The position numbers and the translations under genes are program-made. A DNA stretch of 15,546 nucleotides from Azolla caroliniana (lineage: Eukaryota; Plantae; Polypodiophyta). Positions within the stretch are counted from its first letter, which is position 1, and each line of letters opens with the position of its first letter. The notes under the pieces are model-generated. The model saw only the letters and a program-made list of their open reading frames with translations. It did not search any database and had not been told where the DNA came from. Of the stretch, positions 1 through 8,090 are shown piece by piece. Location of the stretch: assembly GCA_043228905.1 (NCBI GenBank), contig JBHGNT010000794.1, positions 1 through 15,546 on the forward strand. The letters run 5' to 3'.

Positions 1-583
1 ATACAATCGAACACAAATGAAATGGGAATGGAGGTAAGTGCACGAACAAACAAAAGAGAATACATAGGATGTTAACGTGGAAAACCCAAATATGGCAAAA
101 ACCACGGCAGCCCTCAGACTGCAAACTATCACTATGTAAAGTAATACAACAATGGGGCACAGAGGCAACAACCTCTTGCTCCCTCGCTTCGCCACCAGGC
201 GGTTACAACAGAGACATGATCTTTGTATATCGCTCTCTCTCTCTCTATTACGCACTGTACAGAGGTTACACCAATAACAACTCTATCATTTTTTCCCTAG
301 GTCATATTAATATTGATATGATTTTCGGCTATTTACAAATATAGCCCCAGTGGGCTCTCTAGAACATATTTACATATATGTCCCTTCCATCCGATGAGAG
401 GTTCTCACCGGGCCTGCAACACCCGGTTCTCACCGGATCTTCCGTTGCCGGGTACACCACATCCGGTCCTTACCGGGTCTTCCGTTGCCGGGTACTCCAC
501 ATCCGGTTCTCACCGGGTCTTCCGTTTCTGGGTACGCCACATCCGGTTCTCACTTACCATCCGGAGGGACCTATTTCCTAACA
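1..583 (-). repeat. 3' LTR of element A (partial)
   Basis: Matches 4675-5257 with ~27 substitutions and 2 single-base indels by manual count. Begins TGTTAGG on minus strand, right after the PPT. Confidence 0.96.
400..553. repeat. 40-bp tandem repeat in U3 of A 3' LTR (3 full copies plus partials)
   Basis: Unit ~ATCCGGTTCTCACCGGGTCTTCCGTTGCCGGGTACGCCAC at 421-460, 461-500, 501-540; partial copies at 400-412 and 541-553. Confidence 0.93.
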
Positions 584-599
584 AACTCCCCCTTCACTC
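584..599 (-). other. Polypurine tract of element A
   Basis: Minus strand GAGTGAAGGGGGAGTT immediately precedes the LTR start TGTTAGG. Confidence 0.9.
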
Positions 600-3500
600 C
601 GGCATGGGATGTCTTACTAGTCCAATCCGCTTCCGACATGCATCCAGCGTGTCGGGTATCAGTACTTTGGTCAACATATCTAACCCGTTCTCGGCCATGT
701 GGATCTTCGTCAGCGCGAACTCTCGATCTTCTACTCACTCCCGGATCTAGTGATACCTACGTTGGATGTGCTTCGTCCTGGAATGGTACGTTGCGTTCTT
801 AGCAAGGTGGATGGCACTTTGACTGTCACAATAGAGCCGGTATTCATCTTACCGGATACCGAGCTCTCCGATGAAGTCCTTCATCCATAATATTTCCTTG
901 TCGGCTTCCACAACCACCATATACTCCGCCTCCGTGGTTGACAACGCAACCGTCTTCTGCAGCCTCAATTGCCACGAAATAGCTCCCCCCGCATATGTCA
1001 TTACATACCCGGATGTAGACCGTCAAGTTGAGGTTTACCGGAGCCGAATTGGAGACACATATTCGAAGTGCCCTTCAAGTACCGGAGTATCCATTTGACC
1101 GCGTTCCAGTGCTCCTTGCCGGGTTTGCTCATAAACCGGCTCACCACTCCGACTTCGTATCCAATATCCAGTCGAGTACACACCATTGCGTACATTAAGC
1201 TCCCGACGGCAGAGGCATATGGCACCTTTATCATATCCGCCTTCTCTGCTTTCGTCTTCAGGCTTTGCTTACTAGATAATCTGCAGTTTGCCGAAAATGT
1301 CGATCCGACCGGTTTCGCGTTTGACATGTTGAACCGCTAAAGCACCTTTGTCACGTACTTCTCCTCTGACAACCACAATTGCTTCTATGGCCGGTCCCGG
1401 ATGATATACATCCCCAGCATCTGTCTTGTCGAACCCAAGTCTTTGAAAGTTCGGTTTAGAGCCTTCTTCAGCATCCGTATTTTGGCTTGGTCCTGTCCGA
1501 CGATCAACATGTCGTCCACGTACACAAGGAGTATCAGGAAGTCACCTCCTTCGAACTACTTCACAAACACACAGTGATCGGCCTGCGTCTTGTGGTACCC
1601 TTGATCGGTCATGAAGGAGTCGAACTTCCGGTACCATTGTCGGGGAGCCTGCTTCAGTCCGTACAGGCTCTTCTTCAACCGGCAAACCAGGTGCTCCTTC
1701 CCTTTCTCCACGAATCCTTCCGGTTGCTACATGTAGATCTCCTCTTCGAGGTCACCGTGTAAAGGAATGTCGTCTTCACGTCCAGCTGCTCTACCTCGAG
1801 GTCCATGTTTGCCGCTATACTCAGCACTGACCGGATGGAGGTCATCTTTACTACCGGGGCAAATATCTCGTCGAAGTCCACGCCCTTCTTCTGCTAGAAT
1901 CCCTTCACCACGATCCTGGCTTTGTATCTTGAGGGGTTTCCGGCATCTCCCGGTTTCAACTTGTACACCCACTTATTTCGGAGTGCCTGCTTTTCTTTCG
2001 ACAACTCCACCAATTCATACGTATGGTTCTCATGCAGGGAATCCATCTCATCCTGCATGGCACTTAACCATTTGCGGCTGTGGGTGTCATCCTTCGCTTC
2101 TTCGAAGCTTTCCGGCTCTCCCTCATCGGTCAGCAGCACATGCTCTGCATCTGGAAATCTCTAGGGGGCCCTTCTCTCTCTGAGAGGATATCTCTGTCTT
2201 TGGCCTTCGGCAACCGGCTCCACTATTTGATCTTCATCCGAATCCGATTCGGGGTCTTGGCCGGTTCCGGTTTCACCTATTCCTTCTTCTTCGGCCTGTC
2301 TTGTCTCCTTACCGTCACTAGTCGGTTCATCGAGTGCTAACCGGTCTCTTGCCGGTTGCATCTGCTCATCGTAGAATCGATCCTTATCGGTCGACTCGGA
2401 GTTCATTATCTTCTTCTCCGACTCCCAGTCGGCGAGCGTCTTGTCCTCCATGAAGATAATATCTCGACTCCGGAATACCTTCTTGTCAACCGGATCCCAC
2501 ACTCAGTAGCCAAACTCATCATTGACGTATCCAAGGAATATGCATGGCCGGGTCTTTGGATCCAACTTTCCTCTCCGGTCCTTAGCAACATGCACGTACA
2601 AGAGACACCCGAATACCTTCAAATGCCAGTAGGACACTTCCTTACCGGTCCAGACTCTCTGTGGTGTATCTCCATCCAAGGGTACTGAGGGTGATCTGTT
2701 TATCACATATGTCGCTGTCGACAGTGCCTCAGACCAAAACTTCTTGGGTACTTTTGCATGCGCCAGCATACTCCGGACCCTCTCCATTATGGTCTGGTTC
2801 ATCCTCACGGCCAGCTCGTTTAGTTCCGGCGTCTTCGGCACGGTAAATTCGAGCCGGATTCCCTTCGAGCGACAGTACTCCTCAAACTGCCCCCGGTATT
2901 CACCCCTGTTATCTCCTCGAACCGCCTTCAGCTTCCGGCCGGTTTCTCTTTCCACTCTCGCGTGGAGCTCTTTGAAGACGGATAGCACCTCATCCGTTGT
3001 CTTCAACGGTGTGGCCCACAGCTTCCGGCTGTGGTCATCTATGAACGTCACGAAGTACTGCGATCCGGCATGTGACTTCGTGTCCACTTGACACACATCA
3101 GTATGCACCAACTCCAATGGTGCATTACGTCTCATAGGTGGTTTTGATCGGAAGGAGGTCCGGTTTTGCTTACTGGCCAGACAATCAGTGCACTTCTCCA
3201 AGTGCACGTTCTTCACTGGAATGAGGTTGTCGTCTGCAAGCCTCTTCATCCCCATCTCACTCATGTGACACAGCCTCTTGTGCCACAGCTCACCGGCAGT
3301 GTCGAAAGCCACGTTCACTTCTTCCGGGCATAACCTGGCATTCATCAGGTACAACGTGTTGACCTTCCGGTCCCGAACCACTATCAAGCTCCCTTTGCTG
3401 AATTTCATAACACCGTTCCGGATGCTACCCGTGTAGCCTTCATCATCTAGTCGACCGGCTGATATCAGGTTTAGTCAGACCTCCGGAACGTGTCGGACAT

Positions 3501-4590
3501 CCTTCAGCAGCAGCTTGCATCCGGTTGGGGTTGTCAACCACACGTCTCCTATGCCGACAATTCGGCATGTACCTTCATTCCCCATCCAGACACAACCGTG
3601 ATCACCGGTTGTGTAGGATGAGAAGCATTTCCGGTCCGAGGTAGGGTGGAAAGATGCTCCGGAATCGACCACCCAGGTCATCTCGTCGCCGTCAAGGTTA
3701 AGCTCACTCTCCTCAGTGATTAGCATCAACTCTTCTTCACTTGCCGCGATTGCCGTCGTTCCCTTCCGGTTCGGCCCCCTCTGGTCTTTACCGTTCCGGT
3801 CCGGTATCCGCTTCGAATCGGTACCGTCGGTTTCCTTGTCTTTTCGGAAATGCCGACAATTCTTCTGGAAGTGTCCCGGCTTGCCGCAATAGAAGCAGGT
3901 AGGCCTCCCCCTTGACTTTGATCGTGTGCCCGACTTCTCCCGGTTCTGGGGACTACGGTTCCTTTGTCTTCCGCGTTCCGATTCGGTAAGGAGCGCTTTG
4001 GAGTCGGAGCTCGTATCCTTATCTTTCCGATGCACCTCTTCATATAGCAAGCTCGACTTCACTCTTGCTAGGGATAACCGTTTCCCTTCCGGCCCAGCGT
4101 TGCCCAAAGTGACAACCAACGTCTCCCAGCTATCTGGGAGGGAACCGAGCAGGAGTAATGCTAGTACCTCATCCGCAAGAGGTACTTCCAATGATGTTGC
4201 CTGGTCAATCAGCCCCTGGAAGGCATTCATGTGCTCCTCCATGCTGGAGCCATCTTGGTACCAGAGTCTTACTAGCTTCCGAAATACCGAAAACTGATTA
4301 ACAGCATTTTTATTTTGAAACATAATGCCGATCTTCTCCCAGAGCTCATGAGCCTTGCTCTCTTCATTCAAGTTGTTGTATAGACTCATATCGATGAAGC
4401 ACCGTATGTACGTCGTTGTCTTCATGTGCATCACCTCCCATATCGTGGCATCTATTTTGTCAGGTCTCTTGTCCCCGAACTGAACCAGCAACCAAAGATC
4501 TTTAACCACGAGCATGTCCCTCATCTTCGACTTCCACACTGAATAGTTGGAGCCGGTGACCTTGAACATGTCTCCCAACGAATCGTCCAT
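594..4590 (-). pseudogene. gag-pol: Copia Gag-Pol polyprotein of element A, disrupted
   Basis: Starts MDDSLGDMFK (ATG 4590). Zinc knuckle CFYCGKPGHFQKNC, protease WVVDSGASFH, integrase LWHKRLCH...VHTDV...FIDD, GKLDPK, RT KARIVVKGF/LYGLKQAPRQW/LVYVDDML, RNase H ALSTTEAEY/CDSQSA. In-frame stops at 3475, 2503, 2161, 1894, 1727, 1556, 1385, 1337 and three more in RNase H; frameshift near 1760; deletion near 1020. Confidence 0.95.
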
Positions 4591-4605
4591 TTTCTGTGTC
4601 GTTTC

Positions 4606-4617
4606 GCTCTGATACCA
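4606..4617 (-). other. Primer binding site (tRNA-iMet) of element A
   Basis: GCTCTGATACCA on plus = TGGTATCAGAGC on minus, 3 nt from the LTR edge. Confidence 0.93.
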
Positions 4618-4620
4618 CTC

Positions 4621-5257
4621 TATCGTGAAATACGCGGAATAATCTCCGGCAACAACCAAAGGGAAAATCACTTGATACAATCGAATACAAAAGAAATGGG
4701 AATGGAGGTAAGTGCACGAACAAACAAAAGAGAATACACAGGATGTTAATGTGGAAAACCCAAATATGGGAAAAACCACGGCAGCCCTCAAACTGCAAAC
4801 TATCACTATGTAAAGTAATACAACAATGGGGCACAGAGGCAACAACCTCTTGCTCCCTCGCTTCGCCACCAGGCGGTTACAACAGAGACACGATCTTTGT
4901 ATATCGCTCTCTCTCTCTCTATTACGCACTGTACAGAGGTTACACTAATAACAACTCTATCATTTTTTCCTAGGTCATATTTATGCTGATATGATTTTTG
5001 GGCTATTTACAAATATAGCCCCAGTGGGCTCTTTGGAACATATTTACATATATGTCCCTTCCATCCGATGAGAGGTTCTCACCGGTTCTACAACACTCGG
5101 TTCTCACCGGGTCTTCCGTTGCCGGGTACGCCACATCCGGTCCTTACCGGGTCTTCCGCTGCCGGGTACTCCACATCCGGTTCTCACCGGGTCTTCCGTT
5201 GTCGGGTACGCCACATCCAGTTCTCACTTCCCATCCGGAGGGAGCTATTTCCTAACA
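4621..5257 (-). repeat. 5' LTR of element A (~637 bp)
   Basis: Repeat of 1-583 ends at CCTAACA 5257. Inner edge placed from the PBS; it reads ...CACGATA on minus (TA, not CA). Flank GTACT (5258-5262) is the predicted TSD. Confidence 0.92.
5074..5227. repeat. 40-bp tandem repeat in U3 of A 5' LTR
   Basis: Same array as 400-553, offset 4674. Confidence 0.92.
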
Positions 5258-6532
5258 GTACTTGTACCCACTCTCGACTTTGAGGTTTCCTCAACTGATC
5301 ACCCATGTCGACTCGTGTAGAGTCGTTCTATACCCGTCTTCGGCTAACATGGCGATGGAGACCAGACTCCTCTTTAGATTAGGTAGGTGCGGAACTCGGT
5401 GTAGGGTTATTGTGTTGCCATTTGGCAATCTGATACAAACCTCCCTGGTTTCGGCTATCTTGCGCTCCTACTCGTTTCCCAGTCGGACTGTGCCACTGGC
5501 GTCCGCTGAATAGTTCGAGAACCATTCAATGTTGGGGGTCATGTGAAATGTGGCACCAGAGTCTAGTAGCCACGTGTGTGCAACTTGTGCACTGTAGAGG
5601 AGTTCTCCGATCATTGAGTCCTCTATGGAGAGGATTTCTCCGGATCAGGTGTTGGCAACGTTGATCTGGTTGCCGACTAGATAGTGGTCTGAGTCGGAAC
5701 GTCCCTGATTTCACTCAAATCGCTGACCACTCTCTTTTCTCTTTATTGACCAGCAATCGGAAACATTGTGGCCAGCTTTCGTGCAGTGTGTGCAGTACTC
5801 ACTTGATCGGCTCGTTTTCGACTTCGACCGTTGTCGGTCTCCCCTCATTTTCGATCGGTTGTAGTGTCGACCGGTTCTGTTGGCTTGTTCTTTCGTTTGA
5901 TTCTGTCAGTCGAACAACTCGATCGAGCGATGGGCTTCTGCCGACTCATCAATGGTTAGTCCCATCGATTTTCGCCTGATGTCCTCTGTGAGAACTTGGC
6001 CGATTGTTTTGTCCAAGTTTAGGATCGGTCGGCTATTGGCGTATGTCATGCAGAATACCTCCCAGCTCGCTGGCAAGCTCGATAGGAGGGCAAGGGCTTT
6101 CACTTCTTCTTCAAAGTTGATCCCTTGTGACGAGAGCTCAGACAACACCTTGTTGAAGGTGTTGATGTGGGAGGTTTCTGGATCGGTCTCTCTCGTCTTC
6201 ATGTTGAAAAATTGTTTGATCAAAATCAATTTCGAAGATCAGGAATTCTTTTCATAAACGACTTGTAGCTTCTCCCACAATGAGAACTTTGTCGTCTCTT
6301 TCGCCATGCTGAAATAGATGTTTTCGGCTAGATGCATTTGAATGGTGGAGCGTGCGATTTCGTCCATTGATCTCCAGTCCTTGGCTATCATGGAAGTAGG
6401 TTTTTCGCTGTGCCGAATGGCTTCAACCTATCTTCGAATGATCAACACATCCTACATCATCTGCTTCCACAAGGCAAAGTTTTTGCCATCGAATTTTCTT
6501 ATTTCAACTCCTGTTCTGGATGTTGAAGCCAT
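5258..6532 (-). pseudogene. gag-pol: Copia Gag-protease of element B, ~8 in-frame stops, cut by A insertion
   Basis: One frame from ATG 6532: MASTSRTGVEIRKFDGKNFALWK, ALALLSSLPASWE, zinc knuckle CTHCTKAGHNVSDC, protease TWLLDSGATFHMT, HLPNLKRSLVSI. Confidence 0.92.
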
Positions 6533-6617
6533 ATTCTTTTTGTGAAATTGAGATTTTTGACTTAGTCTTTTCTTTCAGCTTCGTCTGTTGTCTGTTGCCA
6601 CTGAACAACAAAGCTTC

Positions 6618-6629
6618 GCTCTGATACCA
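6618..6629 (-). other. Primer binding site (tRNA-iMet) of element B
   Basis: GCTCTGATACCA, then a 2-nt spacer and TGTTG (LTR end CAACA on minus). Confidence 0.92.
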
Positions 6630-6631
6630 GT

Positions 6632-6780
6632 TGTTGATAATGAGTGTGTTTTGTGGAAACGTGTATGGATTTGTTGTCAGTTATGAACAGCAAACAACGC
6701 AGACAGAAAAATAGAATAGGCGTAGACTTACTCAGTGCAAGCTCTAATGGAAAGCTTTATTGCTTCGTTCTCAATCTCTC
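6632..6780 (-). repeat. R/U5 end of 5' LTR of element B (partial)
   Basis: Inferred from position next to the PBS, the CA terminus and a minus-strand AATAAA. The second copy is not in the window, so the extent is uncertain. Confidence 0.65.
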
Positions 6781-6979
6781 TAGAATCACTTTCTTTAAGA
6801 AGAGACCAATTCTTCGAGGATTGGGTGGGAACCCTATCTATCTCAATGAAGACCTCACTAAGATGCAAATTGAGCATCGCAAGAGTTGTATGCCACGAGT
6901 TATGCAAGCTCGTAAAGAAGGGCATCACGCCTTTTACCGAGACGGGCGAGTGATCATAAATGATCGCACTACTAATTGA
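6781..6979 (+). pseudogene. LINE ORF1 C-terminal fragment
   Basis: RITFFKKRPILRGLGGNPIYLNEDLTKMQIEHRKSCMPRVMQARKEGHHAFYRDGRVIINDR* resembles the I-x-x-x-EDLT...AR-x-x-G...L/V-x-IN C-terminal domain of LINE ORF1 proteins (recognised by eye). Confidence 0.7.
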
Positions 6980-7015
6980 TGGCGTGTGGCCCATGTGACA
7001 GAAAATGCACTTAGG

Positions 7016-7622
7016 ATGACCTTATGGAATTGTAACGACGCATCTAGACACACCGCAGCCGCCTAGAGGAGATATTAAAGGTATCAGATATATTTTTCTT
7101 GGTAGAAACACACCAAAGCCCAAATAGAGGACTCCCACTAGTTGAAGGATTCTGTTGGGAGTCCGCTTTTAGAAAAACCTCACGTCGACACACTACCAGG
7201 GGATCTGGAGGTGTCATGATATTGTTTCGTAGAGAGCTACATAATAGGATAGAAATACTGAGGACAGACCCAGAAGCTCGTTTTATGTAGGTGAAAATCT
7301 CCACAACCAAGGACCAAGTAGTATTTTTCACCATTTGTTACTCTCCCCCAAAAGGATCCCGTTATAATATTGCTGGCACACATATACAAGATGACACATT
7401 GCAAAGAAATGTGCAAGATGACACGTTGTAAGAGACGGGTGTGGGAGGCATCCCAATATTGGGAACTCTACCATATGCTCATCAGTAGCGATTGCGCAAC
7501 GACATGGAAGAGACTACGGGAGCCAAGACCACAAACACCCATCGAAGATCTCAAAACCTAGCACACATATACAGAGAGACTTTACGAAATCCCAAACCAA
7601 CCACCCATTCCAATGCCTTCCA
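7016..7622 (+). pseudogene. LINE ORF2 remnant: N-terminal half of APE endonuclease joined to probable pre-RT linker
   Basis: MTLWNCN, then after a frameshift DIFFLVETH, RGSGGVMIL, RFM*VKI, FTICYSPP. From ~7410 another frame reads RCKRRVWE...TWKRLRE...*HTYTERLY. Confidence 0.78.
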
Positions 7623-8072
7623 TGTTAAGAAAACGTGAAGAAGGCACTCGGGCTCTTCTTATGTGCGCGGCAGATCGTAGTGTGTTGGATCGTTAGCGTG
7701 CTCTAAACAGACAGAGAAAGGAAAGGGGACTTACCTCTGTAGTAGCAAAATGGTTTTCTTCTATTACATGTAGAGCTCAACTTGCTCTCGTCAGTCTTCT
7801 GGTCTCTCACTCTCTCTCAGAGTTCTCTCCTCACTATTCTCTGTTTTTTTCTTACTACTTACTTCCTATTCACTCTCACTTACTTTTACCTAAGTCATAA
7901 GTTATTACACATGCAACTAATTAGCTGCCAGTAGCTAATTAGCTGTCAGTCGCTAAATAGCTGTTCACTAGCTAAATAGCTGTTTTACCTTTTTGTTCAC
8001 TAGTAGCTAAATAGCTACTATAGCTTATTTCCCAATAAGCATCGCATACCATGTTGAGCTTGCTTCTCAACA
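7623..8072 (-). repeat. 3' LTR of element C (450 bp)
   Basis: TGTTAAG...CTCAACA termini; first 254 bp match 15293-15546 with 2 substitutions. Left flank TTCCA (7618-7622) is the predicted TSD. Confidence 0.96.
7916..8025. promoter_or_regulatory. Array of ~5 palindromic AGCTAA(T/A)TAGCT motifs in U3 of C LTR
   Basis: Copies near 7916, 7933, 7951, 7970 and 8005; AGCTAATTAGCT is self-complementary. The regulatory role is inferred from its U3 position. Confidence 0.6.
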
Positions 8073-8081
8073 CTCCCCCTC
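8073..8081 (-). other. Polypurine tract of element C
   Basis: Minus strand GAGGGGGAG directly before the LTR start TGTTGAG. Confidence 0.9.
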
Positions 8082-8090
8082 AAGCGCAAC

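Larger units (their letters stand above)
1..5257 (-). mobile_element. Ty1/copia LTR retrotransposon A (3' LTR cut by window start), decayed
   Basis: Direct repeats 1-583 and 4675-5257, PBS at 4606-4617, PPT at 584-599, and minus-strand domain order gag-PR-INT-RT-RNaseH (copia order). Confidence 0.97.
5258..6780 (-). mobile_element. Ty1/copia element B, 5' part (host of element A); right boundary approximate
   Basis: PBS 6618-6629, LTR edge TG at 6632, gag and protease motifs on minus strand running up to the A LTR. The rest should lie left of A, outside the window. Confidence 0.88.
6781..7622 (+). mobile_element. Degenerate non-LTR retrotransposon (LINE) fragment, interrupted by element C
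   Basis: ORF1-like C-terminus followed by APE endonuclease motifs and a sequence resembling the pre-RT linker; ends at the C LTR. Confidence 0.8.

Noticed and set aside
421-553. 40-bp repeat array as a CRISPR array
   Set aside because: Units are contiguous with no unique spacers, lie in both LTRs of a retrotransposon, and no cas genes are present.
69-802. Plus-strand ORFs in the A LTR (also 4743-5283)
   Set aside because: They are translations of LTR and tandem-repeat sequence with no recognisable domain, and their lengths differ between LTR copies.
4621-4622. Non-canonical TG...TA LTR end for A
   Set aside because: Likely a single C>T change in an aged copy; the matching end of the other LTR is outside the window, so it cannot be supported as a family trait.
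4591-4929. N-terminal extension of the 484-aa ORF
   Set aside because: It runs through the LTR and PBS; Gag homology begins at MDDSLGDMFK (ATG 4590).
6977-6981. TGATG stop-start overlap at the LINE ORF1 end as a reinitiation signal
   Set aside because: That ATG opens only 11 codons and is out of frame with the APE motifs; it cannot be supported in a decayed copy.
7620-7622. CCA preceding both C LTR copies, suggesting a longer LTR
   Set aside because: At 15290-15292 it is part of the PBS and at 7620 part of the flank; the TG...CA termini fix the boundary at 7623.
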